Origin: Verrucomicrobiia bacterium
GTDB lineage: Bacteria > Verrucomicrobiota > Verrucomicrobiia > JADLBR01 > JAIBCM01
Direction of reading: 5' to 3'
DNA: 64,000 bases
Assembly (NCBI GenBank): GCA_019694135.1
Contig: JAIBCM010000004.1
Span: 65,364 to 129,363, forward strand
Part shown: piece after piece, positions 30,089 through 40,486 of the stretch
How positions within the stretch are numbered: position 1 is the first letter of the stretch
Layout of the letters: each line of letters begins with the position of its first letter
The notes under the pieces: generated by a model
Seen by the model: the letters and a program-made list of their open reading frames with translations, nothing else
Told to the model about the DNA's origin: nothing
Databases searched by the model: none
Translations under genes and position numbers: made by a program

Positions 30089-30748
30089 ATGATGAAAGCG
30101 ATTGTCTGTATCGGATTATGTTTGCTTAGTTATATTCAAATTTTTGCTGGGCTAACGTGGGAAAAGCAAGAAATTGAAGTCAGTCCCACGAATTTGGTTC
30201 AAAAAGTGGCCGTTCAATTTTATTTTACCAATGCGGGTCCCGATGCGATAACGATTCAAGAAATTCAAACCTCTTGCGGTTGCACCACTGCAGCTTTGGA
30301 GAAAAAACGTTACGAGCCCAAAGAAAGTGGTTTTATTCCGGTAGAATTTAATGTGGGAGCTCGAACTGGGTTTCAGCAAAAAACCATTATTGTCAAAACG
30401 GATGAAACAAATCAGCCGCCAACATTTTTAACCTTCAAAATTCATTTGCCGGAAATTTTGAAGATCGAACCCAATATCTTGGAATGGAAGAGGGGTGAAA
30501 CCAATGCCGTTAAAATTATAAAATTAGAAACGACTGGCATCGTCCCGCTGAAAGTAACCGGCGTGGAAAGTTCACATGAATGGATTGAGACAACACTCAA
30601 GGTGAAAGAAAGTGGAAAATTTTACGAAGTGGAAGTGAAGCCTTGGAAAACGGACGAGCCTATTATGAGTGTATTGCGTATTCGAACGATTTCAGGAACC
30701 AATAGCGAAATGTTTAGCGCTTTAGCAGCTCGCGTGATTGTTAATTAA
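30089..30748 (+). CDS. Secreted DUF1573-like protein
   Basis: Signal peptide (MKAIVCIGLCLLSYIQIFAG), an Ig-like beta-rich body, and the TSCGCTT motif characteristic of this family. Confidence 0.5.
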   Translation: MMKAIVCIGLCLLSYIQIFAGLTWEKQEIEVSPTNLVQKVAVQFYFTNAGPDAITIQEIQTSCGCTTAALEKKRYEPKESGFIPVEFNVGARTGFQQKTIIVKTDETNQPPTFLTFKIHLPEILKIEPNILEWKRGETNAVKIIKLETTGIVPLKVTGVESSHEWIETTLKVKESGKFYEVEVKPWKTDEPIMSVLRIRTISGTNSEMFSALAARVIVN

Positions 30749-30772
30749 TAGCTAGGAAAATTTAAGAATTTA

Positions 30773-32167
30773 TTACAAATCCACTTCTTGAAGATAATCA
30801 GCAACAGTAATTTGGCTTTGCGGATAGCGTTGGGCTAATTCACAGGAAAAGGGTTCTGATTGTTCCGGTTCGCCGTGAACGAGCCAAATTTTTTCTTTAG
30901 CGCCTTGAATTTTTTCAACATAATCCAATAATTCGCTTCGATCAGCGTGACCGCTGAAAGAATCGAGCGCTTCAATGTGGGCATTGACCTGAAAAGATTC
31001 GCCTAAAATATTAACGCGTTTTTCACCTGCACGAATTTTAGCTCCTAACGTGTTTTCTGCACAGTAGCCGACAAATAAAATCGTGGTGGAAGGATCTTCG
31101 ATATGGTTACGAAGATGATGTAAAATACGGCCTGCTTCACACATGCCGGAAGCTGAAATAATGATGCAAGGTTCTGGTTTATGATTTAATTCCATGGATT
31201 GAGCGACTTGTCGAATGTAAGTGATGTGTTCGGAACCGAAAGGATCTCTTTTTTCGAACAAAATGTTGTAAGCTTCTTCATTGAAACATTCCGGATGCAG
31301 CCGAAAAACTTCTGTTGTGTTTACGGCCAAAGGGCTGTCGATGTAAATGGGCAGAGGAGGAATGCAATTTTGTGTTAGAATTTGATGGAAAATATAAATC
31401 AATTGTTGGGTGCGTTCGACTGCAAATGCTGGAATCAGAATTTTTCCGCGTCGTTCGAGATTGCGATTGATGATTTCACACAGTTGGTGAGTGGCAATGG
31501 TAGCAGTTTCATGTTCTCGCGCTCCATAGGTGCTTTCCATGATGAGATAATCAACGTCTGTTACCGCTTCAGGATCGCGAAGTAAGTCATTATTGCCACG
31601 ACCGATATCACCCGAAAAAAGTAATCGCTTTTTTTTGCCATTTTCCACGATATCTAGACAAACTTGAGCAGAACCTAAAATGTGGCCTGCATCATAAAAT
31701 GTTAGGGTGACTCCCTCGCAAATTTGGAATGGGCGTCTGTAGTTAATGGTAACGAATTGTTCCAGACATTTTTCGACTTCTTCGATTGTGTAATAGGGGG
31801 CTAAAGGTGTTAAATTATTTTTAAGGCGTTTCTTATTCAAATAAGCCACATCTGCGGCCTGCACTTTAGCCGAATCCGCTAACATTAACTGACATAAATC
31901 GCGCGTGGCAAAAGTTGAAATGATGTTGCCATTAAATCCCTGTTTGCAAAGTAGTGGTAAATTGCCGCTGTGATCGATGTGAGCATGAGAAAGAATTACG
32001 ATATCAATAGAAGCGGGATCGAAGGGTAGGTGTTGGTTTTTTTCGAAACTTTCTTGTCTTTTGCCTTGAAAAAGACCGCATTCCAATAGGATTTTTTTGC
32101 CATTGATGGTTAAGAGATGTTTCGAACCTGTTGTCGTTCGAGCGGCGCCACAAAATGTAATTTTCAT
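30773..32167 (-). CDS. MBL-fold / beta-CASP RNA-metabolising hydrolase (RNase J / CPSF-like)
   Basis: HAHIDHSG motif, a beta-CASP region, and a C-terminal H motif (SGHADRSEL). 464 aa. Confidence 0.7.
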   Translation of the reverse strand: MKITFCGAARTTTGSKHLLTINGKKILLECGLFQGKRQESFEKNQHLPFDPASIDIVILSHAHIDHSGNLPLLCKQGFNGNIISTFATRDLCQLMLADSAKVQAADVAYLNKKRLKNNLTPLAPYYTIEEVEKCLEQFVTINYRRPFQICEGVTLTFYDAGHILGSAQVCLDIVENGKKKRLLFSGDIGRGNNDLLRDPEAVTDVDYLIMESTYGAREHETATIATHQLCEIINRNLERRGKILIPAFAVERTQQLIYIFHQILTQNCIPPLPIYIDSPLAVNTTEVFRLHPECFNEEAYNILFEKRDPFGSEHITYIRQVAQSMELNHKPEPCIIISASGMCEAGRILHHLRNHIEDPSTTILFVGYCAENTLGAKIRAGEKRVNILGESFQVNAHIEALDSFSGHADRSELLDYVEKIQGAKEKIWLVHGEPEQSEPFSCELAQRYPQSQITVADYLQEVDL

Positions 32168-32289
32168 TCGAATATGATGTCTGTTGTAGGGTAAGTATTT
32201 TGCTTGCCAAGAATAAGTTTTTGTATTCGTTGATGCTAAAATTAAAATGATTGGTAATCTGTTCGAGCGCAGATTACTCTAAGAAAATT

Positions 32290-32790
32290 ATGGTGGAAGT
32301 TGGCATAGGATTGGGAAGTAATCTAGGAGATCGCTGGGAGCATTTGACTGAGGCTTTGCATTTTTTGAAAAATTTGTCGGTAAATCATTTTCTTGAAGTT
32401 TCGCCTTTTTATGAGACATCTCCGGTTCATTGTACAACAGGTGCGCCTCTTTTTTTGAATGCTGTGGCTATTATTCAGAGTCGAGAAGCTCCCGAAGAAC
32501 TTTTAGAAAAATTGCGAGGGTTTGAAAGAGCGCGCGGTCGAGCGGAGGTTTATGAAAAAAACAGTTCGCGACCCTTGGATTTGGACATTCTTTTTTGGGG
32601 AGATCGAATGGTGAAAAGTGAAAAATTAATGATTCCTCACCCACGTTTATTGCAACGGCGATTTGTTTTGCAACCGCTTTGTGATTTGCGACCGAATTTA
32701 ATTTTGCCTGGTGAAACACAGCCCTTGCATTATTTTCTTTCTCACCTAACAAGCCAAGAAGAGGTGACACGTGTCAAAAATAACAGTTGA
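32290..32790 (+). CDS. folK: 2-amino-4-hydroxy-6-hydroxymethyldihydropteridine pyrophosphokinase (HPPK)
   Basis: VEVGIGLGSNLGDR N-terminus and RPLDLDIL. The start is set at the internal ATG. The overlapping start with panB points to translational coupling. Confidence 0.8.
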   Translation: MVEVGIGLGSNLGDRWEHLTEALHFLKNLSVNHFLEVSPFYETSPVHCTTGAPLFLNAVAIIQSREAPEELLEKLRGFERARGRAEVYEKNSSRPLDLDILFWGDRMVKSEKLMIPHPRLLQRRFVLQPLCDLRPNLILPGETQPLHYFLSHLTSQEEVTRVKNNS

Positions 32791-33532
32791 TCAAGTTCGG
32801 TTGTGGAAAGGGCGAAAACCTCGGCCGTTGGCTTTAACCAGTTACGATTATCCGATGACACGTTTATTAGATGAAGTTGGTATAGAAATCATTCATGTGG
32901 GCGATAGTTTGGGAATGTTGGTTTTGGGTTTGCCGGACACGACAGAAGTAACGATGGCCGATATGTTGCATCATGTCAGAGCTGTGGCTCGAGCTAAACC
33001 CCGGGCATTAATTACTGCGGATTTATCATATCGAAGTTATGAAACTCTTCAGGAGGCAGTGATTCACTCGAAACAATTAATTGCTGCAGGAGCTGAGGCG
33101 ATTAAAATGGAGGGCGGTCAAGAAATTGAAAATCAAATTCGAGCCGTTTTGGATACGGGTATTCCTGTGCAAGGGCATTTGGGAATGTTACCTCAGCATG
33201 TGAAAGAAGAGGGCGGGTATAAACGAAAAGGAAAAACGCAACAGGAACAATCGCGTCTCATAGAGGATGCAATGAGATTGGAGCAATTGGGTTGTTTTTC
33301 TTTGGTATTGGAATGTGTGGTGCCGGAAGTGGCGCGCCAAATTACGAGCCAAATCTCAATTCCTACCTTGGGCATTGCTAGCGGCGCAGAGTGCGATGGC
33401 GAAATTCGCGTAGTGCATGATGTGGTTGGTTTATTTCCTTGGTATCAACCGCCTCATGCTTGGAAAAAAGGGCAGATCGGAGAAAAAATTAAAGAAAGCA
33501 TCCAGATATTTCGGGATGAATTTAATTTGTAG
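32771..33532 (+). CDS. panB: 3-methyl-2-oxobutanoate hydroxymethyltransferase
   Basis: HVGDSLGMLVLG and an (E)GG active-site region. GTG start overlapping folK by 20 nt. Confidence 0.85.
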   Translation: MSKITVDQVRLWKGRKPRPLALTSYDYPMTRLLDEVGIEIIHVGDSLGMLVLGLPDTTEVTMADMLHHVRAVARAKPRALITADLSYRSYETLQEAVIHSKQLIAAGAEAIKMEGGQEIENQIRAVLDTGIPVQGHLGMLPQHVKEEGGYKRKGKTQQEQSRLIEDAMRLEQLGCFSLVLECVVPEVARQITSQISIPTLGIASGAECDGEIRVVHDVVGLFPWYQPPHAWKKGQIGEKIKESIQIFRDEFNL

Positions 33533-33589
33533 ATTCTTGATTCGTAACGTTGACGTAGTGGAAGTTTTCTGACATTTTGCTGAGCGACG

Positions 33590-34783
33590 ATGAATATTCA
33601 TGAGTATCAAGCTAAAGAACTTCTCGTTAAATTTGGAGTTGCCACGCCACAAGGCTCTGTTGCGGCGACCCCTGACGAGGCTAAGAAAATCGCTCAATCT
33701 TTGAATCACCAAGCAACCTGTGTTGTTAAGGCCCAGGTTCATGCGGGAGGCAGAGGCAAGGGCGCTTTTAAAAATGGGTTTAAAGGGGGTGTGCATCTTT
33801 GTCGAACACCGGACGAAGTCTATAATGTAGCGGAAAAAATGTTGGGCCAAGTATTAATAACTCATCAAACGGGAGCGGAAGGTCGACTGGTCAGAAAAGT
33901 TTTAATTGCTGAGGCGGAAGAGATTCAGCGCGAACTTTATTTTGCGATTTTATTGGATCGCGCAGAAAATTGTCCTGTTATTGTTGCGAGTGAGCAGGGT
34001 GGTGTTGATATCGAAAAAGTAGCAGCGGAGACTCCTGAGCTTATTTTCCGAGAAAAAGTTCATCCCTTGTTGGGTTTGCAGGCTTATCAGACTAGAAAGT
34101 TGATCAAATTGCTTAATCTCACAGCTGAACAAAGTAAATTAGCGGCGAAACTTTTTTCTAATCTTTATAAACTTTTTATTCAATGCGATTGTAGTTTGGT
34201 AGAAATTAATCCTTTAGTTGTTACAAAAAAAGGAGAAGTCAAAGTTTTAGATGCTAAGTTTGGGTTTGATGATAATGCGCTTTATCGTCATCCCGAAATT
34301 GCGGCTTATCGGGATTTGGAAGAGGAGGATCCGCGCGAGGTTGAGGCTTCACGCTACAGTTTGAATTACATTGGATTGGATGGAAACATTGCGTGTTTGG
34401 TCAATGGCGCGGGTTTAGCGATGGCGACGATGGATATCATTAAATTTTATGGCGGTGAGCCAGCAAACTTTTTAGATGTGGGTGGTGGCGCAACGGAAGA
34501 GCAAGTCACCGAAGCGTTTAAAATTTTGATTGCGGATAAAAATGTGCAATCGATTTTAGTTAATATTTTTGGTGGCATTATGCAGTGTGACATCATCGCG
34601 CAAGGCATTATTAATGCTGTGAAACATGTGAAACTTTCTGTGCCTTTGGTAGTTCGTTTAGAAGGCACGAATGTGGAAAAGGGCAAAGCGCTTTTAAAAG
34701 ATTCGCAACTGCCGATCATTGCAGCGAATGATTTGGCTGATGCCGCGCAAAAGGCAGTGGAAGCAGCAAGAGGAGGAAAATAA
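33590..34783 (+). CDS. sucC: Succinyl-CoA synthetase beta subunit
   Basis: [13 protein letters not shown]-terminus and an ATP-grasp core. 397 aa. Confidence 0.9.
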   Translation: MNIHEYQAKELLVKFGVATPQGSVAATPDEAKKIAQSLNHQATCVVKAQVHAGGRGKGAFKNGFKGGVHLCRTPDEVYNVAEKMLGQVLITHQTGAEGRLVRKVLIAEAEEIQRELYFAILLDRAENCPVIVASEQGGVDIEKVAAETPELIFREKVHPLLGLQAYQTRKLIKLLNLTAEQSKLAAKLFSNLYKLFIQCDCSLVEINPLVVTKKGEVKVLDAKFGFDDNALYRHPEIAAYRDLEEEDPREVEASRYSLNYIGLDGNIACLVNGAGLAMATMDIIKFYGGEPANFLDVGGGATEEQVTEAFKILIADKNVQSILVNIFGGIMQCDIIAQGIINAVKHVKLSVPLVVRLEGTNVEKGKALLKDSQLPIIAANDLADAAQKAVEAARGGK

Positions 34784-34784
34784 G

Positions 34785-35657
34785 ATGGCAATTTTAGTGG
34801 ATAAAAATACTCGCTTGTTGGTGCAAGGGATTACGGGAAAATCGGGTGCTTTCCATGCGCGTGGATGTCGAGATTATGGCACGAACGTGGTGGCGGGGGT
34901 GACACCAGGACGTGGTGGTGAAAAATTTGATGATGCGATTCCTGTGTTTGACACGGTTAGTGAAGCGCGTCGCGAGACGAGTTGCAATGCCACAATGATT
35001 TTTGTGCCTGCGGCATTTGCTGCGGATTCTATTTTAGAGGCGTTGGATGCGGGTATTGAATTGATTGTTTGTATTACGGAAGGCATTCCAGTTTTGGATA
35101 TGATGCGAGTGAAAGTAGCCATGCAAGGAAGTAAAAGTCGGTTGATTGGGCCGAATTGTCCCGGCATTATTACGCCGGGCGCTTGTAAAATTGGAATTAT
35201 GCCGGGCTACATTCATAAGCCGGGAAAAATTGGCGTTGTTTCGCGTAGTGGAACATTAACGTATGAGGCGGTATGGCAGTTAACCCAACGTGGTTACGGT
35301 CAATCGACGTGTATTGGAATCGGTGGTGATCCCATTAACGGCACAAGCCATCTCGAAGCGGTTAAACTTTTTAATGAAGATCCTGGAACAGAGGCGATTG
35401 TCATGATTGGCGAGATTGGTGGAACTGCCGAAGAAGAGGCGGCAGACTATATTAAGATGCAAGTGAAAAAACCTGTGGTAGCTTTTATTGCTGGGGCAAC
35501 TGCGCCTGCGGGACGTCGCATGGGTCATGCGGGAGCTATTATTACTGGAGGAAAGGGAACGGCTTCGAGTAAAATTGAGGCGTTGCAAGATGCGGGAATC
35601 ACAGTGGCGCCGACGCCGGCTGTGATTGGCGAAACGTTGGTGAAACTTTTAAATTAA
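34785..35657 (+). CDS. sucD: Succinyl-CoA synthetase alpha subunit
   Basis: Near-collinear with E. coli SucD (ILVDKNT...[22 protein letters not shown], the phosphohistidine loop GHAGAI). The start is reset to the ATG at 34785, which has an AGGAGGA RBS. Confidence 0.9.
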   Translation: MAILVDKNTRLLVQGITGKSGAFHARGCRDYGTNVVAGVTPGRGGEKFDDAIPVFDTVSEARRETSCNATMIFVPAAFAADSILEALDAGIELIVCITEGIPVLDMMRVKVAMQGSKSRLIGPNCPGIITPGACKIGIMPGYIHKPGKIGVVSRSGTLTYEAVWQLTQRGYGQSTCIGIGGDPINGTSHLEAVKLFNEDPGTEAIVMIGEIGGTAEEEAADYIKMQVKKPVVAFIAGATAPAGRRMGHAGAIITGGKGTASSKIEALQDAGITVAPTPAVIGETLVKLLN

Positions 35658-35671
35658 GGAAGGAATCGGAT

Positions 35672-36796
35672 ATGCCAGTAACAGCCAGAGGATTGGAAGG
35701 AGTGGTCGCTGCGGAAACGCGCATTGGTGACGTGCGTGGAGAAGAGGGCATTTTGCTTTATTGTGGCTACGATATTAATGAGTTGGCGGGGAAAGTTTCT
35801 TATGAGGAAGTGGTTTATTTATTGTGGCATGATCGTTTGCCGAATCGTCTCGAGCTTGACACCCTTTCTAGCGAATTGAAAAACTCACGGGCGTTGCCTA
35901 AAGGAGTTATTGATTTTATTAAAAAGGCGCCCAAAAAAGCACAGCCGATCGATATTATGCGGACGGCGGTGAGCATGTTGGGTTGTTACGATTCGCCTCA
36001 TCCCGAGGATGCGATTGATGCGAATCGTCGCACGGCTATTAAATTAGTTGCGCAAATTGGTGTGGTTGCCGCTTATTTTCATCGTGCGCGCAATGGATTG
36101 AGCTTACCGCCTGTGCGTGATGATTTGGGCGAGGCGGCGCATTTTCTTTATTTGTTAACTGGTGAAGAGCCCTCCGCAGAAGCCGAAAAAACTTTGGATA
36201 TGGCTTATGTCTTGCATGCGGAACATGGGTTAAATGCTTCAACTTTTGCCGCTCGGGTAACCATTTCTACATTGAGCGACATGTATTCGGCGATTACCTC
36301 TGCCATTGGCACTTTAAAAGGGCCCTTGCATGGAGGCGCGAATGAAGGTGTGATTCATATGTTGCAAGAAATTGGTTCGCTGGAAGCAGTTGATCAATGG
36401 GTGGCTGATGCATTGGCACAGCGGAAAAAGATCATGGGCATTGGTCATCGCGTTTATAAAACGCTGGATCCGCGCGCGCCTCATTTGAAAGCGATGGCAG
36501 TGCAACTTTGCAAAAAATTAGGCGAACCGAAATGGATTAAGATGTCGGAACGCATTGCGGAAATCATGAAACAAGAAAAGAATCTCAATGCCAATGTCGA
36601 TTTTTATTCTGCGACGGTTTATTATAGTTTGGGTATTCCAACAGATCTTTTTACGCCAATATTTGCTATCGCGCGCATGAGCGGGTGGACAGCGCATATT
36701 CTGGAGCAACTCGCAGATAATCGGCTTTATCGACCACTAAGTGATTACATTGGTAAACCGTTTGGATTAAAAGTGGTGCCGATTGAAAAACGTTAA
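35672..36796 (+). CDS. Citrate synthase (short, about 375 aa form; 2-methylcitrate synthase not excluded)
   Basis: Citrate synthase signature GIGHRVYKTLDPRA. Full-length for the short type. Confidence 0.8.
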   Translation: MPVTARGLEGVVAAETRIGDVRGEEGILLYCGYDINELAGKVSYEEVVYLLWHDRLPNRLELDTLSSELKNSRALPKGVIDFIKKAPKKAQPIDIMRTAVSMLGCYDSPHPEDAIDANRRTAIKLVAQIGVVAAYFHRARNGLSLPPVRDDLGEAAHFLYLLTGEEPSAEAEKTLDMAYVLHAEHGLNASTFAARVTISTLSDMYSAITSAIGTLKGPLHGGANEGVIHMLQEIGSLEAVDQWVADALAQRKKIMGIGHRVYKTLDPRAPHLKAMAVQLCKKLGEPKWIKMSERIAEIMKQEKNLNANVDFYSATVYYSLGIPTDLFTPIFAIARMSGWTAHILEQLADNRLYRPLSDYIGKPFGLKVVPIEKR

Positions 36797-37716
36797 GAAG
36801 ACGTTTTTTGATTAATTTCAGTCCAAGTTTTGAAATGGGTTTTGACTAATTTTTTAACGGGTTCTTCTCCTAATTTTTCGATGAGTTCAGTGGCTATTTG
36901 TTTTACGCGACTGGAGGCGCCTAAGGGTAAGTTTGTTTGCAGTTGTCGGCCTTTGTTTTCCAACCATTGAACAAAGGAAGCGCGCGCGAGAATGGAAGCG
37001 GCTGCTACAACGGGATCGCTTTCAGCGCGATGTTGTTGGTGAACATGAATGGTTTTACCTTTAGCTCCCAAATATTTTTTGATTGTCCAGCTTGTGCGAG
37101 CAAATTGATCGCAAACTGCGCGTTCGCAGGGGATGATTTCTAAGAGGTTTTCGATGGCTTTGGCGTGGCCCCAGCCTAGAACTTCGTTCACGGAACCCAT
37201 TTTTTTTTGGAGCTCGTTATATTTTTCTGGAGAAATGGGAATGATTTGGAAGCGTACCGACTGTATTTGTTTAATGGCTTCAGCTAATTGAATGATCTTT
37301 TTGTCCGAGGTGATGGCTTTACTGTCGCGAATGCCAAGTTCTTGAAAAGTTTTAATGGTGGCTGTGTCTGCGTAAACACCTGCTATTACCAGCGGTCCAA
37401 AAAAATCGCCTTTCCCGCTTTCATCCACGCCAATGTGAGGAATAAAATGTTCAGGATTGTGATGCTCTTCGTAACCCAATTTGGCTTCGCCTAAGATTTC
37501 AGGTTCCAAAGTGAACTCAATAAAATCTTTTGCTTCTTTGCCTTGAATCACGCATTTTCCGGATTGATAAGCCGCAACTTGAATTTTATTTTTCGAAGCT
37601 TTGAAGTGTGCATAGGGAAGGGTGGAAAACTCAAATTCGCGCTGTTGAAGCAACGTTTTCAATTTTTCGATTTGCGCCGAAGTTAATGCAATCGTATAGG
37701 TATGGGGTTCCGGCAT
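36793..37716 (-). CDS. rnhC: Ribonuclease HIII (RNase HII-family catalytic core with an N-terminal TBP-like domain)
   Basis: IGVDESGKGDFFGPLVIAGV catalytic motif, about 300 aa with an N-terminal extra domain. The start is set at the internal ATG (MPEPHTY...). Confidence 0.65.
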   Translation of the reverse strand: MPEPHTYTIALTSAQIEKLKTLLQQREFEFSTLPYAHFKASKNKIQVAAYQSGKCVIQGKEAKDFIEFTLEPEILGEAKLGYEEHHNPEHFIPHIGVDESGKGDFFGPLVIAGVYADTATIKTFQELGIRDSKAITSDKKIIQLAEAIKQIQSVRFQIIPISPEKYNELQKKMGSVNEVLGWGHAKAIENLLEIIPCERAVCDQFARTSWTIKKYLGAKGKTIHVHQQHRAESDPVVAAASILARASFVQWLENKGRQLQTNLPLGASSRVKQIATELIEKLGEEPVKKLVKTHFKTWTEINQKTSS

Positions 37717-37783
37717 GCAAAGAGTAAAGCGTAAAGACAGTTTGAAATCCAACGGATTCTCTGTGCCCTGGTCGAGTCGGGAA

Positions 37784-38758
37784 ATGGCTCAATTTAGAAA
37801 AAAAATATTAACTTGGTATAAAGCGAATCAACGTGATTTACCATGGCGGCGCACGCGGGATCCCTATGCGATTGCGGTTTCTGAGATTATGTTGCAGCAG
37901 ACTCAGGTGGCGACGGTGATTCCTTATTTTAATCGTTGGTTAAAACAATTTCCCACTTGGCAGACTTTGGCAAGAGCTTCTGAAGAAAAAGTTTTAAAGA
38001 TGTGGGAGGGGTTAGGTTATTATCAACGCGCGCGAAATTTGCATGCTGCGGCCAAGCACGTGGTTAAACAATATGGCGGTCAACTTCCCGCGGATTGGGA
38101 GGCGATTTATCAATTGCCTGGCATGGGGCGTTACACGGCGGGCGCGATTGCGAGTATTGCGTTTTCTTTGAAAAAACCGGTTTTGGACGGGAATGTGATT
38201 CGTGTTTTGTCGCGTCTGATGGATTTGCAGGAGCCAGTGAATGAGCGTTGTGTTCAAGATAAATTGTGGCAATGGGTGGAAGAATTAGTGCCTTGGAAAG
38301 AGCCTGGAATTTTTAATCAAGCGCTTATGGAGTTGGGGGCGATGTTATGCACAAAGAGATCTCCAGCTTGTGGCTTGTGTCCTTTGCGTTTTTTATGTCG
38401 TGCAAAAAATCCCAAAAATTTACCTTACAAAAGTCAAAAAACTTTTTTTACCTCACGAGTTGAAAATGTTGCGATTTCTTTTAATAAAGAATTTATCTGG
38501 ATGAAAAAACAAGAATCTACCCAGCGTTGGAAAGGCTTGTGGTGTTTTCCTGAGATTCAAAAAATCCCAGCGGCTAGGCCGTGGCGCGAATTGCTTTATT
38601 CCATCACTCGATATCGTGTGACTTTGCGGGCTTATTTTTCGTCGGTTTTTTTGCCGAACTGTAAAGAAATTTCATGGGCTCAATTACAAAATTTGCCCAT
38701 GCCCTCACCGCACCGTAAGCTGGCCGATATTTTGATGAAAGAAAGGAAAGGGGATTGA
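37784..38758 (+). CDS. mutY: A/G-specific adenine DNA glycosylase
   Basis: HhH-GPD domain (LPGMGRYTAGAIASIAF), an FeS cluster loop C-x6-C-x2-C-x5-C (CTKRSPACGLCPLRFLC), and a C-terminal NUDIX-like domain. The start is set at the internal ATG (MAQFRKK). Confidence 0.85.
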   Translation: MAQFRKKILTWYKANQRDLPWRRTRDPYAIAVSEIMLQQTQVATVIPYFNRWLKQFPTWQTLARASEEKVLKMWEGLGYYQRARNLHAAAKHVVKQYGGQLPADWEAIYQLPGMGRYTAGAIASIAFSLKKPVLDGNVIRVLSRLMDLQEPVNERCVQDKLWQWVEELVPWKEPGIFNQALMELGAMLCTKRSPACGLCPLRFLCRAKNPKNLPYKSQKTFFTSRVENVAISFNKEFIWMKKQESTQRWKGLWCFPEIQKIPAARPWRELLYSITRYRVTLRAYFSSVFLPNCKEISWAQLQNLPMPSPHRKLADILMKERKGD

Positions 38759-39183
38759 AAATGAAGTATTGGTTAGTAAAACAGGAGCCGGAAAGTTATT
38801 CTTGGCAAGATTTTGTTAAAGATGGAAAGACGGCTTGGACAGGGGTAAGGAATTTTCAAGCGCGCAATTTTTTACGGGCAATGAGATGTGATGATTATGT
38901 GTTATTTTATCATAGTGTCACAGATAAAAAGGTAGTTGGGATCGCTCAAGTAACCCGAGAGGCTTATCCTGATCCTACCGCGAAAGGTGTGGGTAACTGG
39001 GCTTGTGTTGATCTAGTGCCGATTAAAGCTTTGACAGAACCGGTCTCTCTAGACATAATCAAGAAGGAGCCTGAGCTTAAAGAAATTCTATTAATTCGAC
39101 AATCTCGTCTATCTGTTATGCCGGTGGAAGTTGCACAATTCAAAAAAGTAGTTAAAATGAGCAAAACGAATTTTTCTGTTTAA
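38755..39183 (+). CDS. EVE (PUA-like) domain protein
   Basis: YWLVKQEPESYSW...VLFYHS matches the EVE-domain pattern. Overlaps the mutY stop by 4 nt. Confidence 0.7.
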   Translation: MKMKYWLVKQEPESYSWQDFVKDGKTAWTGVRNFQARNFLRAMRCDDYVLFYHSVTDKKVVGIAQVTREAYPDPTAKGVGNWACVDLVPIKALTEPVSLDIIKKEPELKEILLIRQSRLSVMPVEVAQFKKVVKMSKTNFSV

Positions 39184-39261
39184 CATTAAGAAATAAGGAA
39201 AGAATTTTTCTGGAAATAAAGAAATGAAAAAAGGAAAAAATCTGGAAGGGGGTGAATAAGC

Positions 39262-39465
39262 ATGTTGGAAGGTATTGTCAAATGGTTTGACACGAAAAAA
39301 GGCTTTGGATTCATTGCTCCTAATAATGGTGGTAAAGATGTTTTTGTGCATTTTTCTGCTATTTATGGAGATGGCTTCAAAAATCTAGAAGAGGGTGATC
39401 ACGTTCGTTACGAAATCATCGCTTCGGATAAAGGCCCCAAAGCTAGTCGTGTGGAAAAAGTTTAA
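39262..39465 (+). CDS. cspA: Cold-shock protein (CspA family)
   Basis: [15 protein letters not shown] and [11 protein letters not shown] motifs. 67 aa. Good RBS (GAAGGGGGTG). Confidence 0.9.
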   Translation: MLEGIVKWFDTKKGFGFIAPNNGGKDVFVHFSAIYGDGFKNLEEGDHVRYEIIASDKGPKASRVEKV

Positions 39466-39498
39466 AGGTTTTTAAATATTGAGAGTAGCGCAGAAGTG

Positions 39499-40440
39499 TT
39501 AAATAAGAGTTGAAAGATAGCGTTCTGTTTCAATTGCTGCGGCGCAACCTGTTCCGGCTGCAGTGATGGCCTGACGATAAACAGAATCAGCAACGTCGCC
39601 CGCGGCAAATATGCCAGGTATTGAAGTGCGGGTGCCTGTTTTCAACTTGATATAACCTTCTTCGTTTCTATCAAGCTGGTCAACAAAGAGTGAAGTATTG
39701 GGAATTAACCCAATCGCGATAAAAACGCCGGCGCACTCCAGTTGACTGATACTTTTGTCTAAGGTGTTTTGTAATTTTACGCCCGTGACACGGTCTTGTG
39801 TCACATCCAAAATTTCCGTTACGATAGAATTCCAAACTGGCTGAATTTTTTCATGAGCTAAAGCGCGTTCCTGCATAATCTGGGAAGCGCGTAATTCATC
39901 GCGACGATGAACTAAGTAAACTTTGGAGGCAAAATGGGTTAAATACAAAGCTTCTTCCAAAGCAGAGTCTCCACCGCCTACCACGACCAAAGGTTGATTG
40001 CGAAACATGGGCAAAGCGCCATCGCACGTGGCGCAATAAGTCACCCCTTTTTTATCGAGAAGTTTTTCGCTTTCCAAACCCAGATGACGGTGAGAGGCAC
40101 CCGTGGCGATGATTAGGCTATGCGACAAAATTTCTTCGCTTTCTTTCCAGAGACGAAAAGGATGTTGCGAAAAATCGACTTTCTCGATTTCGCCAAATTG
40201 CACCTCTGCGCCGAAACGTTCAGCTTGTTTTTGCATGAGGGTCATCAATTGAAAACCGTCTATTCCTTCGGGAAATCCCGGGTAGTTTTCTACAATGCTG
40301 GTGGTGGTGAGTAAACCGCCCGGCATTTTGCCGGTTAAAACCAAAGGTTTCAAGTTGGCGCGCGCGGTATAAATTGCCGCGGTTAATCCAGCGCAACCCG
40401 TTCCCAAAATGGTGACTTTTCTTACATTTGCACTCATCAT
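39499..40440 (-). CDS. trxB: Thioredoxin-disulfide reductase
   Basis: ILGTGCAGLTAA (FAD binding), redox-active CATCDG, and VVGGGDSALEEA (NADPH binding). Confidence 0.9.
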   Translation of the reverse strand: MMSANVRKVTILGTGCAGLTAAIYTARANLKPLVLTGKMPGGLLTTTSIVENYPGFPEGIDGFQLMTLMQKQAERFGAEVQFGEIEKVDFSQHPFRLWKESEEILSHSLIIATGASHRHLGLESEKLLDKKGVTYCATCDGALPMFRNQPLVVVGGGDSALEEALYLTHFASKVYLVHRRDELRASQIMQERALAHEKIQPVWNSIVTEILDVTQDRVTGVKLQNTLDKSISQLECAGVFIAIGLIPNTSLFVDQLDRNEEGYIKLKTGTRTSIPGIFAAGDVADSVYRQAITAAGTGCAAAIETERYLSTLI

Positions 40441-40486
40441 GAAAGACTATAGCGTTGCTGAGTTGCATATCCAGCGTCTTTTGTTT

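Noticed and set aside
33590-36796. sucC-sucD-citrate synthase as a citryl-CoA synthetase / citryl-CoA lyase (reverse TCA) module
   Set aside because: SucC and SucD are nearly collinear with canonical E. coli succinyl-CoA synthetase. The third gene is a full-length citrate synthase with the GIGHRVYKTLDPRA signature, not a short Ccl-like lyase. This is ordinary oxidative TCA clustering.
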